Assembly: GCF_052425735.1 (NCBI RefSeq)
Contig: NC_135769.1
Location: 28,086,001-28,150,000 of the forward strand
Origin: Oculina patagonica
Lineage: Eukaryota
Direction: 5' to 3'
Length of the DNA stretch: 64,000 nt
In this document: positions 12,375 to 24,955 of the stretch, in pieces
Layout: the number at the start of each line of letters is the position of its first letter
How positions within the stretch are numbered: the first letter of the stretch is position 1
Translations under genes and position numbers: made by a program
Notes under the pieces: model-generated
What the model was told of the DNA's origin: nothing
What the model saw: only the letters and a program-made list of their open reading frames with translations
The model's database searches: none

Positions 12375-13740
12375 TTAATCAGTTAAGAAATTAAATGGCG
12401 AGAAACGACAAGACTTTTATATTGAAATAGCGACAGCGAGGGAAAGAATTAAATAAGAGTACTACGGCAAATCTCTCAGTTTCTTAAATGTTCGACGGCA
12501 AACCTGATGTAGTCACAAATCCCCTGCGTCATCAGCATGCAGGGCTTAACAGGCAAAAAGCCATCGAAGACAAACAGTCAAAAATTACAAAAGCTTTCTT
12601 TGCTTGACCTACTCACTAGTATTTCGCTATAAAGGATACAAGGGGACAGATTCTTATTCGTTATGGCTGTGGCTGTTCAAGACGTTATAAATTCAATAAA
12701 AAATGTAAAAGAAACAAACTAAACTAATGAGGGTTTGCATTAGAGCGGGAGAGCGGGAATGTTGCTGGTATTAAGCTAGCAATCAACTGAAGTACTACAT
12801 ACTGACAAAGCATAGCAAAGTATAAGGAAATAAACAAATAAGCCTAGGTGTCATTTCAGCCGATCGAGAGAGATCAATCCACCTTTGAAAAATTGACAGT
12901 GAACGCTTGAAACAGCGGACAGCAGTCCAAAAATAATCGCCCGTCGAGGACGAGAAATTAGTGGAGAAATTTTTAGCGATCGAGAATTTTTGTTCAGTTG
13001 AGAACGCGTTTTTTGATTATTCTGTCAAAGAATTAAATTAGATTAATTTTAACGGCTCTTTTAAAATGCACGAAAAATCTTTGCTCTGTGTACTTAGTTC
13101 AGAGTCACGTCGTTTGTTATTTGGTCAAAAAATTTAAAACGTTTCTTACTGCGATATTAAAGTGCCCGAAAAACTTCTGCTCAGAGTTAAGCCGTTTTTA
13201 TAATCGGTCGAAAAAGTAAAAACACTGTGTTTAATGGGAAATTAAAGTGCTCGAGAAATTCCTGCTCTGTGTTCTGAGTTCAGAGTCACGTCGTTTTTAA
13301 TGGGTCGAAAAATTTAACACTGTTTTTGCTGTGAAATTTAAAGTGCCCGAGAAACTTCTGCTTTGTGTACTTAATTGTGTTAATTTAGTCACGTCGTTTT
13401 TAATTGGTCAGACATTAAATACAATAACTGCCTTTTTAAAATACCGGAGAAAGCTCTGCTCTGTGTACCTAGGCTACTCACATATATTGTGTTTTAATGT
13501 TAAACACGTCGTGTTTTCATCTGTCAAATAACTAAATTAATCCTAACGGCTCTTTCAAAATGCACGAGAAACTCCCGTTCCGTTAATTAGCTTATAGTCA
13601 CGTCGTTTTTAAATTGGTCGAAAAATTTAAAACATCGTTTTGAAAGAAACTCCTGCTCGTTTTTAATTGGTCGGGACATTAAAAAAAATTAACTGCCTTT
13701 TTAAAATACCAGAGAAACTCCTGCTCTGTGTACCTAGGTC
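12375..13740. mobile_element. Partial copy of the same subrepeat-bearing element, opposite orientation
   Basis: Reverse-complement match to ~16010-17360. Confidence 0.7.
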
Positions 13741-13750
13741 GACCTCAACA

Positions 13751-14132
13751 CCCGGGGGGGGGGGGGGGGAGGTACTCCCTATAATGGCCTATACGGGAAG
13801 GCTCCGCCCGAAAGGGGTACCTTTTTCAGGCTTCAGGTATATATTTCACGAGTTTTTTAAAAGTATATGAAAAGGTATGGAAATCTGTCGAACAGACGCA
13901 ATTTATGGCTGTATTATTTTAATTTATTAAGCGTTACATAAAAATGACAAGAAAACGTCCTATTTTAAGTCCACACCATGTCTCTTAGGTATATGAAAGG
14001 GGTTCCTTTTTTCAGTTAAAGGTAATACGAAAGGGGTACAATTTCTGTCAAAAATGGTATATAAAAGGGTAAGGGGTTAGAACTTGGGGCGGAGCCTCCC
14101 CGTATAAAACTTTTTTGAGTACCCCTCCCGGG
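13751..14132. mobile_element. G-tract-terminated MITE, 8-bp TSD CCTCAACA
   Basis: CCCGGG(G)nAGGTACTC...GAGTACCCCTCCCGGG. TSD at 13743-13750 and 14133-14140. Confidence 0.8.
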
Positions 14133-14466
14133 CCTCAACAGCGAACACGACGTCACGTCATTGCATCCCCCCCCCCAGGGTGTTGAGGTCGACCTTGGTA
14201 CACAGAGCAGGAGTTTCTCTGTGTTATTATAAACCAAAGAGTTTCTTAATATTGCAGACTCAAAATATAAAAAGCTGAAGCTAAAGAAAGCCGAAGCTAA
14301 TTGAAAGTGTTAACTAATTAATAATAAATGAACATGACTTTGAATAAAACTTCATTCGCTCTGGCTCAAATAGGCAAATTAAAGAGGATCGGAGATGGAT
14401 GCGTTTCATCTCGTGTCTTGTTTCTAACTTTCATATTCTTAAGCTTCAACAACACACTACAACCCG

Positions 14467-17400
14467 ATGGCTGGTTTGTGGCTGACTCAGTTGGCCATTG
14501 TGACTCTTAACATCCTCCTGGTTATCTTATTTGTGGTGGCAAACACAGACTTTTGTGGAAGCGTTTTTGAAACTTTAGTCGGTAAGAAAACATTTCGTAA
14601 CTAATACGACCTGCCTTTCTTGTATTCAGTCTGTTTGCATTAGTAGAACTTTTATTTTCTTTGTCCTTTAAGACCATGCCTTAGTCGGTCACGTCATGAG
14701 CAAGGCTGCTGTTGTTGATGAGTTTGAATGTTATCAGAAGTGCCTCGGAAATAACAGTTGCAAGTCGTTCAACGTTCACCCCGACGGGAACAATGCAAAA
14801 CGACGCTTTTGCGAGCTAAACAACAAAACCCGACAGATGAAGCCAGGACATTTTAAATGGAAGAAAGGATCTACATATTATGGCTCTGTCCAGGTTAGTT
14901 AAAAAGTGCACATTTACATATATTTTTTTCAGGAGAAAAGCTTTATCGAGCTAGGGTTGGTTAAAAAGGTGTTATTCTGTTTGCAATGCCAAATATTTCT
15001 ATGATATTAAAAAATTGTGAACTAAATAGGATACGAGAATAAACAAACTAATCAACTATGAATGTTTCTTTAATTAAAGTAACCACCAAATGTAAGTGTA
15101 TAGCGAATAGTTTTCTTCCCTTGATATTTCATTGTAACCCAACCAGGTCTCATGCATGGATGTCGCAGGTGAGCGGAGTGAACAAACAAAGAATGGGCAG
15201 TGTCATCCGGGATATAAGGGAAAAAATTGTGAAAAACGTGAGTTGTGAAAATTTGTCCTTCCACTATTTTATTTAGCCTGATAACACAATTTGAACTGAC
15301 TGCAAAAGGTTCGCCTACTGTACAATGCTTAATCCACCTAAGCGCGGACTTTTAGAACGATCACCTCTTTTGTGGCGATTCGAGTTGGGCTGTAATTTTA
15401 AATTAATTTATAAAACACGTTCTATTTTCTTTTGTAGCTATAAGAGGTTTACATTCCTATCAGCCTGCTGATTCCTGTAAGGACATACGGGACTCTGGAG
15501 ACTCCAAAGGAGACGGGGAGTACTGGATCGACCCTGAGAAGAGTGGAAACCCTTTAAAGGTTTTCTGTGACATGACAACTGACGGAGGTAAGTTAAGAAT
15601 GTTGATATAAAAATAAATTGTTTAACTTCAGCCTAAAAGAAATATACACAAAACTTCAAGTTATTGAAATATTAGCCTTCGCTTAATTAACTGCTTCATA
15701 CAACGTTGTGAATTTTCAATGAGCGTCCTTGAGGCCTTGTTAGTACTGGTCCTGAAGAAGACTAGCTCTGCTAGTTGAAATATTGGCCAATTAATTTTGG
15801 CATATTGCCGCTGTACCAGCTTTGCAATTAGTCTGTTTTTTTTTTCCTGTTAGGGTAGGTATACATGTCTCAGCTCCTGTCTCAATTCCAAAGCTTGTCG
15901 CGACTAAGAATCGGATTTCGACATTTCGTCTAAAGAATGACAGTAGTAACAGAGCAGAAGTTTCTCAGATATTTTAATTTCTAAACCAATTAAAAAAGAA
16001 GTGAATAACCTAGGTACACAAAGCAGGAGTTTCGCTGGCATTAAAAAAAAAACAGTTATCTTTTTTAATGTCTCGACTAATGAATAACGAGCAGGAGTTT
16101 CTTTCAAATCGGTGTTTTAAATATTTCGACCAATTAAAAAACGACGTGACTCCCAACTAAGTAAACGGAGCAGAAGTTTCTCCGCATTTTGATAGAGCCG
16201 TTAAGATTAATTTAATTATTTGACAGATTAAAACACGACGTGTCTAACTTTAGAACACAATAGACGTGAGTAACCTAGGTACACAGAGCAGAACTTTCTC
16301 CGGTATTTAAAAAGGCATCAGTTTAATGTTTTTAATGTATAGACCAATTAAAAACGACGTGACTAAATTAGGAACATAAAGCAGAAGTTTCTCGAGAACC
16401 TTAAATTTCGCAGGAAAAACGGTGTTTTATATTTTTCGACTAATTAAAAAAACGACGTGACTCTGAACTCAGTACACAGAGCAGGAATTTCTCGAGCACT
16501 CAAATTTCGCATTAAACACAGTGTTTTAAATTTTTTGACCAATTAAAAAACGACTTTACTTTGAGCCAAGTTTTCGGGCACTTTAATATCGCAGTAACAA
16601 ACGGTGTTCTAAACTTTTTGACAAATAAAAAACGACGTGACTCTGAACTAAGTACACAGATTAAAGGTTTTTCGTGCATTTTAAGAGAGCCGTTAAAATT
16701 AATCTAATTTAATTCTTTGACAGATTAATAAAAAATGACATGTTTTCAAATGATCAAAAATTTTCAATCGCTAAAAATTTTTCCACCGATTTCTCGACCT
16801 CGACGGGCGATTATTCTGGCACTGCTGTCCGCTGTTTAAACGTTCACTGTCAATTTTTCAAAGGTGGTTGATCTCGCTAGGCTGAAATGACATGTGGGCT
16901 TATTTGTCGTATTTCCTTGTACTTTGCTATGCTTTATCAGGATGTAGCACTTAAGTTGGTTGCCAGCTAATTATAACAGCAACATCCCCGCTCTCCCGCT
17001 CTAATGCAAACCCTCATTAGTTAAGTTTGTTTCTTTTTAACTTTTTTAATTGAATTTATAACGTCTTGATCAGCCACAGCCTTGTATCCTTTATAGCGAA
17101 ATACTAGTGAGTAGGTCAAGTAAAGAAAGTTTTTTACTGTTTGTATTTATCCACTTTTCGACTTGATGGCTTTTTGCCCGTTAAATCTGCGGGATCTAAA
17201 AGCATGTCCTGCATGCTGATGACGCAGGGGATTTGTGACAACATCAGGTTCGCCGTCGAACATTTAAGAAACCGAGAGATTCGCCATAGTGCTCTTATTT
17301 TATTCTTTCCTTCGCTGTCGCTATTTCAATAAAAGTCTTGTCATTCCTCGCCATTTTATTTCTTCCATGTCGCTGTTTAAACGCCGTGTCGCTTTGTCAT

Positions 17401-18105
17401 AAAATGACACGTGAAACACTTTCAGCTTTATTTTGAATTTCTCCCAACTATTCTTTTTTTTCATATTGATGTTCTTCGGTTCGTGACTAGAGCATTAATG
17501 TTATTTTCCTAGTTGCCTTTGTTTGTTTGTTTGATCACACTATCACTAAACCTTGTCTTATTTCAGGAGGCTGGCTTCTCGTCTCCAAGCTTGTGATTGA
17601 CAGCCCATCCTCCCCACAGTTGTCAGTAGAGACGTCATACCGTGGAATCAGCAACTACCACAACAACAAGACGTTTCTGACAAAGAGTGCCATGAATAAG
17701 CTGAGAACACACTTGCCTTTCACTCAAATGAGATTCCACTGCAGTAAACAACAGGGACGTACGTTCCACGTGACCACGGTCGCTAACAACACTGGTGAAG
17801 CTGTAGTCCAGTACCTCAGCGGTCAGACGGATGCCAAGCCTGGCGCATGTGGATCATTTGTCAGAATGAAGAATGACAACTCGCTATTAGCAGGAGTTTG
17901 CGATAAGTGGGGAAAAGAAAATGGTGTGCTTAATGTTGGAAAATGGGGGTTTGCGGATAATGATGAAAAAAGGTTGTACAACCATCCTGCTTTTGTAGCG
18001 GATTCATATCACTGGCTGCTGTCTCCAGCACTCTCAAGATGGGAATGTGATGACTTTTACGTTGGAGTGTCGTCTGGTGATTTCTGGAAAGTTTTTGTTC
18101 GTTAA
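14467..18105 (+). CDS. Array gene G3, 371 aa
   Basis: Exons 14467-14581, 14673-14893, 15147-15237, 15438-15587, 17567-18105. GT-AG, 1116 nt. Confidence 0.85.
15733..17393. mobile_element. Same element in G3 intron 4 (right terminus deleted)
   Basis: Near-identical to 26228-27927 at the homologous site. The right end is lost between two TTGTCATAA repeats. Confidence 0.7.
15747..15789 (+). ncRNA. Minimal Penelope-type hammerhead motif in G3 intron 4
   Basis: TGGTC-CTGAAGA-A-GACTAGC-TCT-GCTAGTT-GAAA-TATT-GGCCA, within a ~115-bp insert flanked by TGTTAG repeats. Confidence 0.55.
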
Positions 18106-18326
18106 AAACTTGGCAAAGTAGATCGTCATATGTAAAAGCTCAAATTGACTCAAACTGTGGAATTTTTCTTTAAGGTCTTTTAACGATTTATATCTTCGGC
18201 ACGCAGGTTAAAAATTGCTTATTAGTCCGAGATCAGTGTATGTAGGCCTAAATTGCATATAACACAGCATTTGAAATAATTCCGCTTTTTCCCTGTATAG
18301 TACACGCTACATTTATTCATTATTAA

Positions 18327-19114
18327 AGTGCCTATGAAGTGAAAACTAATTAATGCTTATTTGAAAGACTTTTACAAATAACCAAGAATGGCGTTTACCG
18401 TTTTGAAAAATCTTCTTTCGTTTAGGAGATATTCACGTTTTTATGTTATGCAAATGAGGAAAGTGATGACGTCATAAATTGTTCCACTAAAAGATAGATC
18501 ACAAAATCAAGGATATCTCTGAAAATATAAAGGTGATATTTCTGAAACTTGGCATCAGTAGTAACCTTCCTTAAAGGTACAAGATGGCTCATACTATGAT
18601 GTAACCATGGCAACACTCTTGGTTCCAGGCTCTTTCTGTCATAAACCAAATATCTCAATTTGCAACCCTTTGAAGTGGGACAGAGGGTCCAGCTTGGGAC
18701 ACACATAATGCCCTATTATCCTATTATCCTATAACTCTCCACATTAGCTTGTTGGGGGTGGATCACCTTTGATTAAGCAAAAACTGGGGATATCAGTATT
18801 AATTTAAATAGGTATTTGCAGCAAAACTGTTGCCATGACAACAGCACGACAGGTGTCATTTTGTGTCTTGTGGTGTACATTAATCGTGCCAAGTTTGAAG
18901 CACACAGCTCAAATATTCCAATAGATATTCTTGATTCAATGCTTCATCTTTTTGTGGAACAATTAATGACGTCATCACTTTCCTCATTTTCATATTATAA
19001 AAACGTAAATATCTCTTAAACGAAAAAACATATTGCAAAAAGGAAAACGCCATTCTTCTTTTTTTCGAAAAGCCTTTAAAATAAACAGCAATTATTTTTT
19101 ACTTCATAGGCACT
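18327..19114. mobile_element. Kolobok-like MITE
   Basis: TTAA TSD, purine-start TIR AGTGCCTATGAAGT / ACTTCATAGGCACT. Confidence 0.8.
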
Positions 19115-19124
19115 TTAAGAGGTT

Positions 19125-19575
19125 GTGTCTGTAATACCGGTCTGGTCAATCTGGTTGTAAAATAGAATTCGCTCATTTCTAGTGTGTTGCAAGACTTTCA
19201 TGTACTTATACTAAAAACACAATTCGATTGACCGGATCATTATTTTTTTTTCGAGTTTTTTTAAGAATTTTCGGTTCACCCGAATGAGCGCTTGTAACGG
19301 CCACTGTCATAATTTAACAGGCTGTGGTGTTTGTTTGGTACAGAAGTTGTTAGTTCTTTTTTAATTAATTTTCAAAGTTGTGGTAAATTTAAGCCTTGAC
19401 AGTGGCCGTTACAAGCGCTCGTTCAAGTGAACCGAAAATCCTTAAAAAACTCGAGAAAAATAATGATCCGGTCAAGTGAATTGTGTTTTTAGTATAAGTA
19501 CATGAAAGTCTTGCAACACACAAGAAATGAGCGAAATCTATTTTACAAGCCAGATCGACCAGACCGGTAGACACA
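19125..19575. mobile_element. Foldback MITE with ~180-bp inverted arms
   Basis: 19135-19309 is the reverse complement of 19397-19569. A fragment recurs at 12107-12265. Confidence 0.75.
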
Positions 19576-19922
19576 TTTTCTTAAAAGCTTGTGCCAGTTG
19601 TGATTTCGCGTAAATTGATAATGAAAGCGTCATACGAGACAAAAAAGAAACTCATAATTTGACTGTTGTTTGTTGTAGTTTCAACCAAGGTGGGTTTTCT
19701 TTAACTTTCTTGGATTAACAGACAGGAAAATTAGCTCAAGATTGTTTAATTGTTTGATTGTCAAGTTGCTAGCATATGTTTAATATCCACGCTTTGTAGA
19801 AATAAAGTCACTTCTTACCGCAGTTATTGTTTGTGCTTGCCTTTTAACTGATAAGCATGAAACGTGAAACTGCAAGGCTGAACGAACTGCGCAGAAAACT
19901 TAATGCGGCAGAGACATGATAG

Positions 19923-20313
19923 CCTAGGGGGGGGGGGGGGGGGGTACTCCGGCTTGTAAATGACGGAGATGATCGAAGGATTTTTTGGGGTTTGAAATTT
20001 TGATCCCGGATCTTTTTGGGTTGAAAAATTTGGCAAGTAAATTATTGGGTGACTTGATTTAAAAAGGGGATTTTTGTGTGTGTTAAAACCTAACTAAAGT
20101 GCCTTGGCGTATTTATGATATGATGAATAAAAAAACACGAGCGTTCAATTTTTTATGGTTTCCTTTGTGGCAATTTAGGGGTAATTTCACAAGGGATTTT
20201 TTTGGGTAATTTCGGAAGACTTAGGATTTTTTTGGGTCCTGAGTTTTGCCTCCATTCGATCATCCCCGTCACCGTCATTTACAATCCGGAGTACCCCCCC
20301 CCCCCTTCCTGGG
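19923..20313. mobile_element. G-tract-terminated MITE, 8-bp TSD CATGATAG
   Basis: CCTAGG(G)nTACTCCGG...CCGGAGTAC(C)nTTCCTGGG. Same family as 61335-61766. Confidence 0.85.
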
Positions 20314-20349
20314 CATGATAGAGACCAATCCGAGAGTCAAAAATGCATA

Positions 20350-20394
20350 ACTGTAGACAGCTGTTTCGGACTCTTTAGTCCTCGTCAGTACAGT
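20350..20394 (-). ncRNA. Type I hammerhead ribozyme, canonical core
   Basis: Minus strand reads ACTGTA-CTGACGA-GGAC-TAAAGA-GTCC-GAAAC-AGCT-GTC-TACAGT. This gives a 6-bp stem I, CUGANGA, a 4-bp stem II, GAAA, a palindromic stem III and a GUC cleavage triplet. Confidence 0.85.
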
Positions 20395-20596
20395 ATAATG
20401 CCACAGAGGACAGAATGTGCAGCCAACGCGAGTCAACTGTTACAATCCTTGTGCGCCCTCTGCTCGTGGTAATGACACCGGATAGGGTCTCAAATTCGAA
20501 ATGTCTGTCCACGTCACAGCGCGTGACTGCAAACAATGAACAAAGAACATTTGATAATATCAGGTCTCTGTCGCATCAAGATAAGGATAGCAAAAC

Positions 20597-20902
20597 CCCG
20601 GGGGGACTCCCATATTAAAGGTACGGGGATGCTCGTCGGAAATTTGTAAAAAAAAAAACCTAAAAGAGACCAATCTGGGCGTGCCTAAAGCTATTTTAAA
20701 CCTCTAAAAGGAACAAAATTCGGAAAAAAAGAACTCATATTTTTTGTTTTCTTCGTGTGCGACCGTAAACAAGACCCTGACAGCTAAAAATATTGCCATT
20801 TTCCCCAGAACACCCTAAGCGAGACCCAAAGTCCGAAATTTATACCCCTAAGCGAGACGACGAGCATCCCCGTCACTTTCATATGGGAGTCTCCCCCCCG
20901 GG
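20597..20902. mobile_element. G-tract-terminated MITE, 8-bp TSD AGCAAAAC
   Basis: CCCGGGGGGACTCCCATAT...ATATGGGAGTCTCCCCCCCGGG. A related copy lies at ~35427-35753. Confidence 0.85.
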
Positions 20903-21537
20903 AGCAAAACTATCCGTAAAAGAACATGGCAAAACCCCCGGGCAAAACCATGCTGTAAAATAAATGTGCGCAGCAAATCGGATCAGAAGACTGATCTTCG
21001 CAGTGCAGTTTCTTCATTTACTGATAAGCCGCAGTGTGAAGCTATATATCTGTTTCCTCTGTGCTGTGTAACACCAGAGAATTTCTCCTAAAAAAAACCT
21101 TATGCTCTACCCAATGTAAGAGCAAGGGATGGTTCTGTTTGTGCAATATATCAATTTCTGCTTGGATGGGGTGGGCTGGTGTGTTTCCAAAAATGTCCCG
21201 TTGGTGCTTTGCTTAGTAACTGAATGTCGTATTGATGGGCGTCTATTCGGCAAATTCTTACCAATAACATTTTAAAAAAATTATGTGGCAATCCGTAAGG
21301 ACAATTAATATCTTGGTTTAAAGAGTCCAGTGTCGCCCAGTCTCCCGCGACTCTTGCCGTTTATCTCGAAAGTCGAGGCTAAAGAAACGACTGGGGACGA
21401 GTCGGGTGGGAAGTGGGATCCATTCCCTCGCTGGGGTAGGGCCGGGGTTCTTGTGTAAGGCTACACTCGGTTCGTGTCGTGGGAAATAATTAAATGCATA
21501 ATTATTTCGCTAAAGTAAACTTTAGTGGAGACATGTG

Positions 21538-21875
21538 GAGTGCCATGAATGAGTTGAGAAGACACTTATCTTTCATCCACCTGAGTTACCACTGCAGTAA
21601 ACAACAGGGACGTACGTTCCACGTGACCACGGTCGCTAACAGCACTGGCGAAGCTATAGTCCAGTACTTCAGCGGTCTGACAAATGTGAATGGAAAATGA
21701 TTACTCGAGATTAGTAGAAGTTTGCGATAGGTGGGAAGAAGATTCATGATGTGCATCATGTTGGAAAATGGAGCAATAGGGAAGATCCAGGCAGATTATC
21801 CATTTACCCTGCGTTTAAATATCCTGTATACCACTGGACAATTCTCCCAGACGACTCGCAATTTATGTGTGATAA
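21538..21875 (+). pseudogene. psi3: truncated exon-5 copy
   Basis: SAMNELRRHLSF...HCSKQQGRTFHVTTVANSTGEAIVQYFSG, followed by an internal deletion and frameshifts. Confidence 0.85.
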
Positions 21876-22799
21876 TGTTTTCAGCCCATGTGATTTATGA
21901 ACGAATTGATGGTTAATCAAACTCTATACTTTTATGTATCGTTCTATACCTGCTTGCCTATCGAACTGCTCAGACAGCCTAATTTTTTTAATTTTCCTGG
22001 GGAGGAAACTCTAGACCCCCTACATGCTCACGACTCCGGCGCTCTAACGCACCCCTTCCCCCATAAAAAATCTTGGCTCGAGTACGGGTCTGTAATGTAT
22101 ACATTTTTTTCACCCATCTGTCCTAACATGTGTCCTTGTTGCGTCGTTTACCATGACGCCTTCCTATAAATATAGTTTTTGACTGCGATAGGCGGATAGT
22201 ACTTCGATCTTTTATATATATAAAATAGAGGATATCCTTGAAAAATAAAATAAAACCGATAGTAATGATATCATTGAGATAAAGATTTTTACGGTAATAC
22301 AAATTGGCTACGGTTAAAAAAAAACGCTTGTATACTGACCGTCCTTTGTAAAAGCCACATTTAAGCCACTGATTGCATCAAACTGTGGGTTTTTGACCAA
22401 TTTGTAGCTTTGACACTTCGAGCGGTTTACATAGTTAATCAGTTAGTGCTCTTAACTACATATCAGACAGCATATAAATTAATTTCGCTTTTTCGCTGAA
22501 TAGTACACGCTACATTTGTTAATTTAGGTCCGTGATTTCGAGCATATTGATAATGAAACCGTAAGTCGAGAAAAATAAAAAAATTAACACAAGTAATTTG
22601 ACTGTTTTATGTAGCATATATCCTACCAAGCTCGGTTTTATTAAACTTTTGGATTATTAATGTACAGAATAGAAGCCCAGGATTGTTTAAAGAAAGATGT
22701 GCGTCATCTTCAAGGTGCAGGTATATGCCATCAACGCTTTCTAAAAATAAAGTCATTTTTGCCGAAGTTAGCGTTGTGTTTGCTTTCTTACCACTCAAA

Positions 22800-23255
22800 A
22801 TAGGGTAAGGATTTCACAAGATCTCGGCCCCACCGGTACCGTTCATACAAAAATCGTTTTTATAAAAAAATATGAATGTTTATGTTTCATTCAAGTTTGG
22901 CATTTTCTGCTGGTGTAAAGGCAAATAGCTTTTGTTTGTTTAGGTTTTCGTTGGTGGGCCTGCTTTCTGTCTTCAAAATTAACTTCCGCGAGAGTTCTTT
23001 GGCCTAGACTTTCTTGGTACCCCTCTCTTGATAAATGTGATTGGAAGTGCTTGATTTTTCCTTGAACGCCGGTGTTTAGGAAAGTAGTTTCTGTTTCAGA
23101 AATGTGGGCCGTGAACTTGATAGTGGGATGAGGGCTATTTTCTGGATCAATGAACTGAATTAAAACCTCTCTGTTGGTGTCTCAGAGGGAGAAAATGTCG
23201 TCCACATATCGTTTCCAAGCGAGAGGGTTGAATGCGCTTTGACTAAGAACTTCTG
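22800..23255 (-). mobile_element. Penelope-like retroelement RT fragment
   Basis: Minus strand translates PLAWKRYVDDIFSL*...HPTIKFTAHISETETTFL (YVDD at 23197-23208). Confidence 0.8.
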
Positions 23256-24955
23256 TTACGACTATGCCCAAAAATATACTGGCGAGTAAATTTCATATAC
23301 ACGGTAAGGGGCCAAGGGATTATAACGTGCAACCGCCACTAGTTGGGGGGGGGGGGGGGGGGAGATATGGGGGAGACGTAATTTGCCGCAAAAAAAAAAA
23401 GTTTCAACAGTGTTGGACCCCCCCCCCCAATCAAAACATCCTGGATCCGCCCCTGCAAGGTTACGTAAAAAAGGGTCTGCACTGGAAGGATGGAGGGTAC
23501 TGTCTTGAAATAAATTTAGCATGAATTTGTGATTAAGTCAGTGTACATGGGCGCGTTTGTTTTGTTCCGCGGAAAGCAAGACTGAAAAAAAAAATCGCAG
23601 AAAGAAAATAAATATGGCAAACACCGGATGTATAAAGTTGGTAATGTAAGCATGCCAAAATGAAAACAAAAACGACCTTAAACAAAAAGTTCGATAAAAC
23701 GGGAAAAGCACCTGCTAAATGAAGGAACAAGGAATATGGCGGAAGTCACGAACGTTTCAATACTCAGCTTTTTGCTTTTATGTTGTAACCCTTTCATTCG
23801 CAACAGGAGCAAGTGTTTTTTCATTAACGTGTCTTCCAAACGAAAGGAAGTCATAAGAACATGAGGGGGTATTGTAATTACGTACTCAGTGTCAATTCTA
23901 AGAACTACCATTACATTGAGTGTATGAAAATTATTAAAGAGAGGAACTGGTATTTTAACTTGTCGGAAGATGTCCCGTAGTCCTTTAAAACCATCAATGG
24001 ATCTCTTAAATTAACAAACCATTTCCAAACTCATCAAAACAAGTCTAAATGTGTACCTAGGTTACTCACGTCTATTGTGTTCTAAAGTTAGAGACGTCCT
24101 ATATTTTAAAATCTGCCAAATAATTTTAACGGCTCCAAAAAAATGCCAAGAAACTCCTGCTCCGTTTACTTTGTTCAGAGTTACGTCGTTTTTAATTGGT
24201 CGAAATATGTTATTGTAATTTATGTTATTTACTTAAACATTTGCACCCTAAGGGGCTTTCATTCAGCTGTCGAAATAAATTAAGCACCTACAATATTTTC
24301 AGACGATATTGGTAATCGGCTTGGAGAGAAACACCGTAGATGCTTTTGCGAACTTTACAAAACTATATAAGTATCTTTAATGACTTCATTCGAAAGCCTG
24401 CGTCACAGGAAGTCTAAACCGCCGGTTGCAACGCAGGCTACCATGCGACAATGTAGGAATTCAACTACTGGCTTCGAAAAGCTCTTTCCAGAATAGTGTT
24501 TATTTCAATACGTGATAATGTCGTCCATTATTATCATAATTGATCATGGGGTTCCATATTTGTTTTTCCAGTGAAAGCTATTTAAAAGAATCACGAAATA
24601 AAACGTTATATCAGTTTCTTGTCATTTAATAGTTTAAAAGGGAGGTTCAGGTAATTTGAATTTCATGGTGTAATACAAGCTTTGGGCCATCATTGATGAC
24701 TAGCTGTCAGTCGCAGGAACATGAATAGCGTTGAAGACTCAAAAGCCCATTATAAAGTTGAAGAAAGCCCAAGTTAATTGAATTATAGCCAAATGTGATA
24801 TCTATTAATAATAAATGAACACGACTTGGCATAAAAGTTTATCCGCTCTGGCTCAAATAGACAAAGGAGGATCGGAGATGGATGCGTTCCATCTCGTTTT
24901 TAGATAGTGTTTTTAACTGCCATATTCTGACGCTTTAACAACACACTACAACCCG

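Larger units (their letters stand above)
19857..21019 (-). mobile_element. Hammerhead-carrying insertion (retrozyme/Penelope-related), ~450 bp net of two nested MITEs
   Basis: Flanked by a 10-bp direct repeat ACTGATAAGC (19847-19856, 21020-21029). The empty site is visible in paralogous flanks near 11583 and 45907. Confidence 0.65.

Noticed and set aside
12900-13740. CRISPR-like repeat-spacer pattern
   Set aside because: Intervening segments are homologous to each other, repeats are degenerate, there are no cas genes, and the context is a eukaryotic TE.
21494-21700. psi copies as alternative last exons spliced from exon 4
   Set aside because: The candidate TTTAG acceptor is phase 2 while exon 4 ends in phase 1, and all psi copies have frameshifts.
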